Shown here piece by piece: positions 11,935-24,372 of a stretch of DNA of 64,000 nucleotides. Source of the stretch: Centroscyllium fabricii (lineage: Eukaryota); assembly GCA_051313645.2 (NCBI GenBank), contig JBNRSN020000010.1:66650001-66714000 (forward strand), written 5' to 3'. Numbering within the stretch: the stretch's first letter is position 1; every line of letters starts with the position of its first letter. The translations under genes were made by a program, and so were the position numbers. The notes beneath the pieces are model-generated. The model saw only the letters and a list, made by a program, of their open reading frames with translations, searched no databases and was not told the origin of the DNA.

Positions 11935-12979
11935 CATTGTGACATGGACTGACATAACTTAAGCTGCAGGGATACCTAGCATTCCATCACTTTTAATGCA
12001 GGAGAAAAAATCTGAAGTACAAAAAAGTGCATTTTTTAGCATTGGTCAGTTTAGAACTTACTGAAGGGAGGCCCGAGTGCTGGAGGAATGAAGTTTATTT
12101 TCCCCGGTAACGTAGGGGAAAGCCAGAAAATTTTGATTTGTGACAGTTTATTTCATGTTGTTTTGGAGTTGACAGTAATTCTACTTTTCAATCCAAAAAT
12201 TGTTTCTCCTGGAAGGATTACGGATTTTAAATATGAAAACAAAAATAGCTGTCTGGGCTTTACTACAACTTTTGCAGAGTTTCCTAAATCTGTCCCTGAT
12301 TGCATCATGTTAATTTGTAAACTGAAATGTTTTACAACACACGGCTATAATAATCCTAAGCAGCAATGTATTCTACTCGCACAAAAACTTGCTCATGACT
12401 TCATCTGTCCCTGTCCCAAACCCCATGGCAGCTCAGAGGCAGGCAGAGGATGCATGAATTCAGGGCGGGCTGATTAAACTATTTTAAAAACATGCAACTT
12501 TTATGTTTAATTAACTTCAGCAGGAATAAGGTTGTCAGTATCACAACAAAACTGTCAAGCAAAGTTCTCATGAAGGGTTACACTCAACATTCATCTGTTT
12601 TTCTTTCCTTTTCTGTGCTGATCAATTTTCTGTGCTTTTCAAACAAGTTCTAACACGCAAAGCCAGAAATCACTGTTAGGTGGTAATAGCAGACAAATGC
12701 TGAACATGTTTGTATTACATTCCTCTGTCTGCTTTTTAACCTGTTATTTTAACCTATGTAAAATAATTGAGTTAATGCCTTCCATTAAAATAGAGGACAG
12801 TGGAAAGTAATTGAAACATGTTAAGCATTTATCTGTTATTATCGCTGGCAGTAAATTTATAGCCTAAATTGCTCAGGAAGTTTTATTTTCTTAAAATCAT
12901 AGAATCATATATTGATACAGCACAGAAGGAGGCCATTTGGCCCATTGGTAGAGCCATCCAATTAATCCCACTCCCCAGC

Positions 12980-13627
12980 AGGTAGTTAACAGGCAGTTAA
13001 GAGGGTTATCCCCATTTTTCCACCAGAGGCGGGCTTCCCAACGTCGGGGAAACCCCACCAGGGACACTGAGGCGAGCAGTGGGTCTGCGGGGGGACTGCG
13101 GGGTGCAAAAGTGCACTGTGGAGGTAAGTGATGGATGCAAGTGTGGAGAGGTGAGTATGTGAGGTGAGTGAAAAATGATAGAAAATGTTTACTTACCTTT
13201 GCTTCTTCCTGCAGGCTTCAACAGTTGGGAAACCGGTGACCCTCGCATCTCACCGGCAGAGATGACAGATGGCTGCTGCATTCTCTGATGCAACAGCCAT
13301 CTGATTTCTGCTCACAAAAGAGGTTTGATGAGTCTTGAATACAAGGGCTCATCAAACAACAGAGAATGTCGGTGTTTGACAGCTTCACAGAGCTGTCAAA
13401 CGGTGACAATTCATCTGTCAAAAGTTTTTGACAGATGGAACGTCATACGCTGACGTTCTCTGTAACCAGCTTTCCCTTAATTGGCCTGCTAAGCCCGGTG
13501 GGCAGGCTTAACAAGGTCAATCAAGGAAAAATAGCATGGGTTGGCCCCAAGTCGATGGAGGCAGGACTAAAACCCGACCAGTAGCAGTCCCGCCTCGAAC
13601 GTGCCCCCATTGGCAAAATCACCCCCT
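12980..13627. mobile_element. Partial non-autonomous DNA transposon (Harbinger-like MITE)
   Basis: GC-rich block ending AAAATCACCCCC. Its internal TGACAG/CTGTCA motifs are shared with the 37548-38349 element. Confidence 0.45.
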
Positions 13628-14006
13628 AAAACGCTTCTTAAAAAAAAATCAACTTTTTTCTGAATTAATTTTCATCAGCAAAATAAACATCAGAACTTGA
13701 TTCCACCTTCTGCCCTGCCTATTTTGTCCTTCATATTTTAGACTAGATGTGGCTAAAGGTGATGACTCTTGTATTTGCAGAGGAATTAAAATGATTACCA
13801 GTGTCCCACTCTGGTAATGAATGGCTTTGTAGTTAATGTATTACTTTCTGTGTAGCAGATTTGAAAATGTTCAATTTGGGTAAATGAAAGCCACTCATTT
13901 GTAGAAATGCATTCTGATTGCACCTTTTTCTGATCCTTCGGATAGCCATATTAACTCTATTAACTGGTTTTGGAGATTCCATGATCGTGCATATTGTATC
14001 TTGCAG

Positions 14007-14187
14007 ATTGAGGGAACCGCAACTAATTCTTGCTTTGAGAATTTGGACAGTGAACATAAAATATTTAGTGAACAAGATGGAGTGAACACCTTGAGTACTG
14101 ACAATAAAGATACTGGAAGACAGTATGATTCTCAACAGGAACATATCAATTCCATAATACTGGAACTGCAGATTTCAGACAAATCAG
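14007..14187 (+). CDS. FSIP1: FSIP1 coding exon 2 (poorly conserved, predicted)
   Basis: Acceptor tcttgcag|ATT and donor CAG|GTATC; open frame IEGTATNSCF...QISDKS. Phase 0 to 1 exactly bridges exons 1 and 3. Confidence 0.65.
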
Positions 14188-16161
14188 GTATCATAACTGC
14201 GATAGAGTGATAAGTTAGAATTTTAACACAATCATTATTGACTTTTTTTTATAACTGCAGTCTATTTTGCTTCGTTAATTTTAATGCAGGTAAGGGTCAG
14301 GAAGAAATGTCAGAATTATCATCCTTGCCTGTGGCTATTTGGTTCCCTTGTGAACTGGTTTTGGAGATTCCATGATCATGCACATTGTATCTTGCAGATT
14401 GAGGGAACAAGCAATCTTTTCTCATTTCATACTTTCATATCAATTCTATGTAATTCTACAAGCTCATTGAGTTGGAGGATGTGCTGCTTTATAGGTACAG
14501 TAATGTTCTATCATGTAATGCAGAAGGTACTATTTTATAATACAGTATATACAGGAAGCTTATAGACAGTAAATATATTATAAATTGATCTCTTATGATC
14601 ATGGGAAGAAAACATCTCTCCTGCTTTAACTCTTTGTTTCTTTTTCGCTGTGTAATACTTTTCTGTTCCTATTCTTCCTCTTTCTTTGCCTCACTGGCCG
14701 GAATTTTCCCTTTTTAAAAAAAAAAAAAGGGTGGCTTTGGAGTGTGGGGGCAGTTAAAGTGTTATAAATGGGATTCCCGAACTGATCCCACCTCCAACTC
14801 ACCCACTTCTGGTTTGGGGCGGGGGGGCAACCAACCTGTTCCCAGGGGGCATTACCTCAACTGAAATATTGTAATGAGACTGGAAGCCTCTATTTTTCCC
14901 CTCCATTTTGTTTTTAGCTGCAGGGGGACGGCTTTCACACAATTCGTGAAACCCGATAGTTAAATTGAGACGGGGCCTGCTGCATCAAGGAGGTAAGTGG
15001 CTTTATACCTACCTCCTGGATCCAACCCAGCCCCCGCGATCAGAGCCTTGCTCACGAGGCCTCCGATCACCTTCTCAGGCCTACTCCACCCCACCCCTCC
15101 AAATGACGATGCTGAGGCCGGCCCCGATTCTCTCTGCCTCCTTGCCGATCCCCGACTCCATCCCCGATCCCTGACATCCCCGATCTCCTGCCAATCTCTG
15201 ACCTGGTGCAAGGGTCAAGGATGTATCCGAGTGGCTACAGAGCATTTTGGAAGGGGAGGGTGAACAGCCAGTTGTTGCGGTGCATATAGGTACCAACGAT
15301 ATAGGTAAAAACCGGAATGAGGTCATAAAAGCTGAATATAGGGAGTTAGGAGATAAATTTAAAAATCGGACCTCAAAGGTAATAATCTCAGGATTGCTAC
15401 CAGTACCACATGCTAGTCAGAGTAGAAATAGAAAGATATTCAAGATAAATATGTGGCTAGAGGAATGGTGCAAGGGGGGGGATTCAAATTCCTGGAACAT
15501 TGGAACCGGTTCTGCGGGAGGTGGGACCAGTACAAAATGGATGGTTTGCACCTGGGCAGGACTGGGACCGATGTCCTAGGGGGAGTGTTTGCTAGGGCTG
15601 TGTGGGAGGGTTTAAACTAAAATGGCAGGGGGTTGGGAACCTGTGCAGGGAGACAGAGGAAAGGAAAACAAGGATAGAAGCAAAAGACAGGAAGGCGAAA
15701 AGCAAAAGTGTCAGTCTGAGAAATCAAGGGTTTAAATCAAACATGGCCATAGTAAATAATAATTCTAAAAGGTTTAATAGTGTTAAAAAAAACAAGTCTG
15801 AAGGCTTTGGGGGAAAAATTGGGTATCTCCACGTTTGGGGCGCTATAGTTGGCGCAGCACTAAATTTAGCGCCTGACGCAAATTATCGCCACCAACAGCA
15901 AACTTGGGTTTTCTCGCCCCTGGAAGTGATTGCAGTGCAAAATCAGGCGCTGCACACCTGTCCTAAGGCGCAAAGGCCGAGAACTGAGGTGCGACCTCCG
16001 AGCGCGGGCGTAGCGCTGGTGCTGTCAATTACTGACTAAACAGACACATTGGCGCTGACCAAGTCTTAAAGGGGGAGTGTCGACCTCGCTCTCCAGCCAT
16101 ACCCTGCTCATTGGAGCCTTGATTCTCGGCCTGGACAGACCTGCGACTACACTTTGCAGCC

Positions 16162-17955
16162 ATGGAGAGGACCAGGGAGCGAGCGCAGCGCTTCACCGAA
16201 CGGGCCTTGGAGGTTCTGGTTGGCGCAGTGGAGCGCAGAAGATCCATTCTGTTCCGAGAGAGTGGCAGGAGACCTGTGCCACGCGAATACAGAAGAGTGT
16301 GGAGGGAGGTGGCTCAGCTCGTCACCTCCAGGAGCATGGTCCTCAGGACCCACATCCAATGTAGGAAAAAGTTCAACGACCGCACTAGGGTCGTCAGGGT
16401 GAGTGGCATTTTGTCAACACCTCTCCATCTCAACCTCACTCTATGGCCAGAGGGTCTTAAACCCCAATGCCCAACATTCATCCAGCACCTATGGCCCTTT
16501 TATCAAACACACATGCACATTCCACACTTTGCATGCAGTAAGGGCTATGCAACCATGGGAGGTACATCAGATGACATTGCTGTAAATTGGAAGGGCTATT
16601 CAACCATGGGAGGCGCATCAGATTACAACATTGCTGTCTTTTTACTCAGATGCCGTCCTTTTTCTTCCAGGCCAAACTGTCGCACAATAGGCGACAACAG
16701 CAACGGACGGGTGGAGGGTGGCTTCAGCTCCAACCCCTCAGCGATCTGGAGCTGCGCGTTCAGTGGATCGTGGGAAGCCGGGTGATTGTTCCCGTCGCCA
16801 CTGGAGATGCCAACCCCGTTCTGGACAGCAATGGTGAGGTCATCACCTTCTTGTCCTCTCTCCTTCCTCTTGTTCTTCACAACACCAGCCTTTGTCACTT
16901 TCCATTCAAATAACTATTTGGCTGCACTCATTGCTCCCTTGCTGCCACCCTGTCCTCACGCTGAAGCCACTCTTGTACCTCCCTGCTTTCAGATGGTGAT
17001 TCACCAGGTGAGGAGACGGGCCCTCAAGCTGCCAGTGGGAGAGAAGCTGAAGGCGAGGAGGAAGAGGAAGCCGGAGCATCACCGCCACCCTTTCCCGAGG
17101 AAGTCCATGCCCACACTGGAAATACGCCTTCCCTGGAGGGGAGCAGGGGGAGAATGCCCTGATGAGGTGGATGCTCCAGGCCCCAGTGGGCTGCAGCAAT
17201 GCGATGGGGGTAGGGAATCTCAGGACCTTTCTCCCCGGAGGGAGAGTGGGTCATCGACTCCTGCTGCACTGACTGCAGAGGAGGAGCAGGTCCTCGCTGA
17301 AATGAGCGCTGAGGCGGGGCAAAGGCACACTGAGCTCATGGATGCAGTGGGAAGGTTGCCTGAATCCATGGAGTTAATGGCAAGGAGTCTGGAGCACTTC
17401 GCTGTAGCACAGGCGGATGCCATGTAGATGCTTAGTGCTGCAGTGCAGTCAGTGGGTGCTGGCATGCAGCCACTCGTTGAGGCCATAAGAGAACTGACTG
17501 GTGCCATCCTGTCTGAATCGGGCACAATTACCCGGGGCTCTCAACGCGCCGCAGCAGGCCAGCAATCTGTGCTCGAGCAGATTGTTCCGGATGATGAGGC
17601 ATGGGCCCGTGGGAGTGCCAGTATGTTGGTCGAGCAGGGAGGTGCTGTCCTCTCTCAAGATGACGGCATTCCTGCTGCCACCACTGTCATTTCTCCATTG
17701 CACTTGCCCCCGCCTGTAAGACAGACTGCTGCCGCCCATTCAGAGTTGGAGCAGTCTGCAGCCGGGCCCTCCAGGCCCAGAGCTGGTCGAGGACGACCTT
17801 CAAAGGCATTGGCAGTCTCCGGGTCGGACAATCAGCAGCCTTCCACCAGCCTTGCTGCAGCCACTGGGGTCCCATTACAGAGGAGTGGGAAGGGGGGGAT
17901 GTTCGGAAGGGAAGGAGATTCCCGTCGAACGGCAAAAAGTAGGAGGTGTGAATAA
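16162..17955 (+). pseudogene. Harbinger Myb/SANT-like DNA-binding protein gene, 3 exons (16162-16398, 16671-16833, 16993-~17955)
   Basis: RAQRFTERALEVLV...WREVA...RTHIQCRKKFND, then AKLSHNRRQQQRTGGG; GT-AG introns. The last exon has a frameshift and a stop. Confidence 0.85.
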
Positions 17956-18229
17956 ATGTGGTTCATTGTTTTCTTAGAGGCCAAGGTTCGTGGTCACAAG
18001 TGTTTTACTGTTTTGGGCATGATCTACAGGTTGTGAGAGCCAGTTATGTTAATTACTTTTTGGGGGGTTTCTTTCTATTATTTTGTCATGCGGAAAGCTG
18101 ACAGAGTTTGTAAAATAAATACTTTTTAAAATCAAAATGTACATGTTTGGTGTTTGCCATCATTGATGCCTTGACCGGCTTAGGGGTTGCGGGTTGGTTT
18201 CCTTCAGGTTGTTCTCAATGGCAGGGGTC

Positions 18230-20363
18230 TTTTCCTCAACAGGGGCCTAGAAGCGGCTTGCTATGAGCCTCTGATGGACGGCCCCTCCAGTTTCCACATC
18301 CCTCCCGCCTTGGTGCTGCTGCTGCTGATCCTCCCCCTCCTCATCATCCTCCTCCTCCTCTGGTGGTGCTGCAATACCTGGTGCCATTGGCTGGGTCCTG
18401 AGGATTGCAATGTTATGCAGCACACAACCACGAAGCAGGAGACTCGTGGAGGGAATGGTCCAGACAGCGGAACCGTTGTTTCAGCACGCCAATTGTGTGC
18501 TCAGTGATGTTCCTGGTAGCCTGATGTCTCTCATTGTATCGCAGCTCAAGTTCAAGTTCAAGTTTATTGTCACATGTACTAAATACAATTTAGACAGTGA
18601 AATGCTTACTGCTACCCGAACGCACCGCGCAACAACTGCGCAACAAGGACATTAAGCTGCCCGGCACGCACGAGCCCGCAAGACGTCAGCCATTCTCCGG
18701 CGCCATCATCGTGGGTCCCGTTCCTGCTCTGGCTACTCAGTTCGGTGTTAATTGTCCTCTGTTAACTTGCTCTGCCGCTGTTTCTTCCATGGTTACTCTT
18801 CACTTGACTCCATTTCTGCCCGACACCATGCCGGCTCCCCCGAATCCACGGAGCTCCGAACTCCGGGTGCAGCGTCATGAGGCCTGGGGCCTAACTTTTG
18901 TCCAAGTGCCATTCCGACTTCCCCGAACTCCGGACCAAGGCCTGGGGCCTAGCCTGGCTCTCCTCCAGGTGCCCAATCCCGGCTTCCCCGAGCTCTGAAC
19001 TCCAGACCAAGGCCTGGGGACTAGCTCGCCTCCAGGCGCTCAATACAGGCTTCACGGAGCTCCAAGCCAAGGCCATCCCGACTCCCTGGAGGTCCGAACT
19101 CTGGACTGAGGCCTGGGGCCTAGCATGCGGCCCGGCACCCGTCCCGGCTCCCACTGAGTCCTCTGAGCTCCCCGCTCACTCCCGTTGGCCGAACTGCACC
19201 CCGCATCTTACCGGGCTCCTTCCCGGCGTTGCTGATGTCAGATGGCGGGCGATTAAAGTAAATTAACTTCACGTAGAGGTGCGGCCGCTCCAGCCAGGAC
19301 CGGAGTAAGTTCGTACGTGGAGCGATATGCTCAGTTCCAGACTCTCTAATGGTTGAATAAACATCTCTTGGTTTCATACCTTGAAGTCTAGTCTGCTGTT
19401 ATTACAGATTGATAGCATGGACATAACACACAGTCAAGGTGTGTAGCAGCCTGTTAACACAGCACCAAGCAGAGCTGAGCTGCTGAGAACCTCACAGCCT
19501 GTGTGTCTCCACATTTTTCGGTTTTTCAAAAAAAAAGCTCAGCAAGGGTGTTGGGCGTACGGAACGGTGCCATCAGCCAGGGGCTCAGAGGATATCCCTT
19601 GTCCCTGAGAAGCCATCCACCTGGGTGATTCGGTGCCTGGAAGAGTCTGCCACAGAAGTCTGGTGCAGTATGAGGGCATCGTGGCTGCTGCCTGGATAGT
19701 GGGCATTGACAGCGAGTATCAGCTGTCTGTGGTCACACACCAACTACACGTTTAGGGAATGGAAGCCCTTTCTGTTGTGGACATCCTCGGCATTCTGATG
19801 CGGCGCACGCAAAGCCACATGCGTGCAGTCAATGGCGCCTTGGACCATGGGGAAGCCCGCTATCCTCGCAAAGCCCATTTCGCGTTCTTGCTGCTTGTCT
19901 GGGGTCATGGGGAACGATATATACTCTCGCCTCCTTTTTAAAGAGGGCATTTGTCACCTGACGGATGTAGCAATGCACCGCAAACTGGGAGATATTAGCT
20001 ATGTCCCCGGTAGTTGCCTGAAATAAGCCGGTGGCATAGAAGTTCAGAGCCACAGTTAGCTTCACTGCCACCGACAGAGACGTCCTGGTCCTCCGTTGAG
20101 GCTGCAGATCTGGCTGAAGCAGTTGGCAGAGCTCAGTGACCACCTCCTTCCTGAAGCGCAGCCTGCGCAAATACTGCTCCTCAGACATATTAATATATGA
20201 GAATTGCTGGCGAAATACCCTCGGAGAGTAAGATCTCCTGTGCAGACGCCTGTTGGCCCTCCAACGCCTGGCCATGATTGCTACTCTCTCTTAGCGTCTC
20301 TGTGCCCTGTGAATATGATAGAGCAGGATGACGGCCCCATCCATTGCAGCTGCCATAGTCTTG
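18230..20363 (-). pseudogene. Harbinger (HARBI1-like) DDE transposase, frameshifted and interrupted
   Basis: [72 protein letters not shown]. Confidence 0.9.
18548..19535 (-). mobile_element. ~1-kb non-coding retroposon-like insertion with AATAAA+(CTTGAA)n tail
   Basis: TSD AGCTC at 18543-18547 and 19536-19540; removing it restores the transposase frame NTLAELRYN. A related tail occurs at ~24106. Confidence 0.7.
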
Positions 20364-20539
20364 AGGCAAGCAAAGCAGTGAAGGCCAAAAATCAACAGTA
20401 CCTGAAAAGTTATGAGCAGAAGCCCAAAAAACAGCAAACTCTTTGGTATCCGGCATCGACGGGACTGAGATGGTGCCGATTGATTACAAATTCCAGATAA
20501 CGAAGAAGGGACATGGAGTGACAATGGCCCAAGGTACAA

Positions 20540-20660
20540 GAGCCCCGTTCCACAGCCCCGGGTGCGGGAGCCCCGTTCCACAGCCCCGGGTGCGGGAGCC
20601 CCGTTCCACAGCCCCGGGTGCGGGAGCCCCGTTCCACAGCCCCGGGAGCCCCGTTCCACA
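20540..20660. repeat. 28-bp minisatellite (GAGCCCCGTTCCACAGCCCCGGGTGCGG) x~4.5 inside Harbinger 1
   Basis: Direct tandem copies at 20540, 20568, 20596 and 20624, plus a partial copy. Confidence 0.95.
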
Positions 20661-22485
20661 GACACAGGTACTGGGGACCAGGTTACACAACCAGAGGTGC
20701 AGGAGCCATGGTTACACGGCAAAAGGTACGAGAACCCCGGTTATACAGCCACAAATGTACAGTATATGGAAGCCTCAAAACCTACTCCAGAATTTTGCCG
20801 GTTATTTGAGAATTCTGATAAATAGGTGCCGTTTAAACGAGAGTTTCCTGTACCTCAAAGCGTTGAGTCAAAGAAGAAGTCTCTCTTTCTCTATCCAACT
20901 CTCTCTCTCTCCGACCGAGTGGTACAAAAATGGCTACCACACCAAATCCAGGAAGAGGCCCCTTAAAATAGTTCCCCCCACAGCTCCACAGCGATTGGGA
21001 TGCATTCCATTCTACCTGTCATTGGTAGCGCGGGGCGGAAAGGAGGGGGGTGCCACTTAATTTCCGGTCCAGGGCACACCAAGGGCGTTGCACTCTCGAA
21101 TGACATCAAGATCTGCGTGCGCAGGAGATCACGCGCTAATAGAAGATAGGAATCATAGAAGATAGGAGCAGGAGTAGGCCATTCAGCCCTTCGAGCCTGT
21201 TTAGTGCCGCTGCCGAGCACCTAGTCAATTTGCCGAGCAGCGCTAAACTCGCTGCGCCCAGGCGCTAGTTGATTTGCGCCCCCATTAGCGCCTTCCTATT
21301 GGGTGGCGCAAACAACCGAATTTTTACCCCATTGTGTCTTAGTGCGAGGAGCATTCGTAATAAGGTGGATGAATTAGCTGCGCAAATAGAGGTAAACAAT
21401 ATGATTGGGATTATGGAAACATGGCTCAAGGTGACCAAGGCTGGGAACTAAACATCCAGGGATATTCAATATTCTGGAAAGATGGACAAAAAGGAAAAGA
21501 AGGTGGGGTGGCATTGTTGGTTAAAGAGGGGATTAACACAATTGTAAGGATGGATATTAGCTTTGATGATGTGGAATCTGTATGGGGAGTGCTGAGAAAT
21601 ACCAAGGGGCAGAAAACGTTAGTGGGAGTTGTATACAGACCCCCAAACAGCAATGCTGAGGTTGGGAATGGCATTAAACGGGAAATTCGAGACGCATGCA
21701 ATAAGGGCACAGCAGTTATCATGGGTGACTTTAATCGACATGTAGATTGGGCTCACCAAATTAGTAACAATACTGTGGAGGAGGAATTCCTAGAGTGTAT
21801 ACGGGATGGTTTCCTGGACCAATATGTCGAGGAACCAACGAGAGATCAGGCCATCTGAGACTTGCTATTATGTAATGAGAAAGGATTAATTAGCAGTCTT
21901 GTTGTGCGAGGCCCCTTGGATCGGAGCAATCATAATATGATATAATTCTTCATTAAGATGGAGAGTGAAGTCGTTGACTCCGAGACTAGGGTCCTGAATT
22001 TAAATAAAGGGAACTACGATGGTATGAGGCGTGAGTTGGGTAGGATTGATTGGGGAATGTCACTCAAAGGGTTGACGGTGGATAGGCAATGGCAAATATT
22101 CAAAGATCGCATGGATGAACTACAGAATTTGTTCATCCCTGTTTGGCATAAAAATAAAACAAAAGTGGTGATTCAACCGTGGCTAACAAGGGAAATTAGG
22201 GATAGCATAAGATCCAAAGAGAGGACATATGAATTGGCCAGAAAAAGTAGTAAACCTGAGGATTGGGAACAGTTTAGGATTCAGCAAAGGAGGACAAAGG
22301 ATTAATTAAGAGGGGGAAAATAGAGTATGAGAGTAAGCTTTCAGGGAACATAAAAACTGACTGTAAAAGCTTTTATAGATACGTGAAGAGAAAAAGATTG
22401 GTCAAGTCAAGCGTAGGTCCCTTGCAGTCAGAATCAGGGGAATTTATAATGGGGAACAAAGAAATGGCAGACCAATTGAATATAT

Positions 22486-23622
22486 AGAGTCATAGGGTAA
22501 TACAGCACAGAAAGAGGCCCTTCGGCCCATCGCGTCCGTGCCGCCCATCCAGCCCAGTCTATACTGGTCCCATTTTCCCGCATTTGGTCCGTAGCCTTGT
22601 ATGCTGTGGCATTTCAAGTGCTTATCCAAATGCTTTTTGAATGTTGTGAGGGTTCCCACCTCTACCACCCTCTCAGGCAGTGAGTTCCAGACTCCAACCA
22701 CCCTCTGGGTGAAAAAGATCTTCCTCACATCCCCACGATACCTCCTGCCCCTCACCCTAAAACTATGCTCCCTAGTTATTGACCCCTCAACCAAGGGAAA
22801 AAATTCCACTCCATCCACCTTATCTATTCCCCTCATAATTTTGTATGCCTCAATCAGGTCCCCCCTCAGCCTTCTCTGCTCCAAGGAAAACAACCCCAGC
22901 CTGTCCAGTCTCTCTTCATAGCTGAGGCTCCCCAGCCCAGGCAGCATCCTGGTGAAACTCCTCTGCACCCTCTCCAAAGCTATTACATCCTTCCTATAGT
23001 GTGGCGACCAGAACTGCACACAGTACTCTAGCTGTGGTCTTACCAGCGTTTTGTACAGCTCCATCATAACCTCCCTGCTCTTATATTCTATGCCTCGGCT
23101 AATGAAGGCAAGTATCCCATATGCCTTTTTAACCACCTTATCCACCTGTCCTGCTGCCTTCAGGGACCTATGTACCTGCACACCAAGGTCCCTCTGCTCC
23201 TCTGTCTTCCCTAGCGTCCTACCATTCATGGTGTATTCCCTTGCCATGTTAGACCTACTGAAATGCATCACCTCACACTTTTCAGGATTAAATTCCATTT
23301 GCCACTGTTCCGCCCATCTGACCAACTCATCTATGTCGTCCTGCATGTTGCGGATTTCCTCCTCAGTATTTACCAACCCCCCAACTTTTGTGTCATCTGC
23401 AAACTTACTAATCATGCCTTTTACATTCATATCTAAATCATTAATATAGACTACAAACAGCAAGGGACCCAACACCGATCCCTGCGGTACCCCACTGGAC
23501 ACAGGCTTCCAGTCACAAAAGCAACCTTCGACCATCACCCTCTGCCTCCTGTCACTAAGCCAGTTTTGGATCCACTGTGCCAAGGTACCCTGGATCCCAT
23601 GGGCTCTTACCTTCTTGACCAG
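22486..23622 (-). mobile_element. Young 5'-truncated CR1 LINE inserted antisense into the older CR1
   Basis: Open ORF 22444..23583(-) with GVPQGSVLGP, FADDTK and RPQLEYCVQFW; 3' tail at the left end. Confidence 0.95.
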
Positions 23623-24372
23623 TCTCTGGTTCTCTCTTCACAAAGGAGGACACAAATAACCTCCCAAAGATGTCGGGGAACATAGGGTCTAATGAGAGGG
23701 AGGAACTGAAATAAATCAGTATTTGTAGGGAAACGGTGTTTGGAAAATTGACCGGTTTGAAGGCTGATAAATCTTAAGGAAGTGGCCCTGGAAATAGTAG
23801 ATGCATTGCTGGTCATCTTCCAAAATTCGATTCTGGAACAGTTCCCATGGATTGGAGGTAGCTAATGTTACCCCACTATTCAAAAAAGGTGGTAGAGAGT
23901 AAACGGGGAATTATAGACCGGTAAGCCTGACACTGGTAGTGGGGAAAATGCTAGAGTCCATTATAAAAGTTGTAATAGCAGAGCACTTCGAAAACAGTGA
24001 CAGTATCGGACAAAGTCAAAATGGATTTACAAAAGGTAAGTCGTGCTTGACTAATCTACTGGAATTTTTTGAGGATGTAACTGGTAAAATAGATAACGGA
24101 GAACCAAGTTCAAGTTTACTTTATTTGTCACATACATCATTATACATGTACAAAGTGCAGTGAAATGCTTAGTCGCAAGCTCCATGTCTGTGCTCTCCGG
24201 ATAACAATAAATACAAATAATAAATGAGTAATTCTAAGAAGAAAAGGCATTGAATCGTCAGTATGCCGACCCTTGGCAGTGTATTCATTTAGGATCCGGA
24301 TGGCTTGGGGGTAAAAGCTCCTCCTAAGCCTCTCTGTGTTTGTCTTAATGCTACGGTAGTGTATGTGGTCTA

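Larger units (their letters stand above)
15809..21330. mobile_element. PIF/Harbinger transposon 1 (Myb/SANT gene on +, DDE transposase on -), decayed
   Basis: TIR GGGGGAAAAATT / AATTTTTACCCC. It interrupts the CR1 ORF2 start (LKA|LCLSARSIRNK) and carries two convergent genes. The TSD is not cleanly resolved. Confidence 0.9.

Noticed and set aside
14261-14289. Possible 29-nt micro-exon (ctgcag|...gcag|GTAAG)
   Set aside because: It would break the phase between exons 2 and 3, lies very close to exon 2, and has no homology support.
16162-20363. Domesticated HARBI1/NAIF1-like host genes
   Set aside because: Both genes are disrupted and lie between TIRs inserted in a LINE, so they are decayed transposon genes.
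20291-21060. Overlapping repetitive ORFs
   Set aside because: Generated by the 28-bp tandem repeat; no protein motifs.
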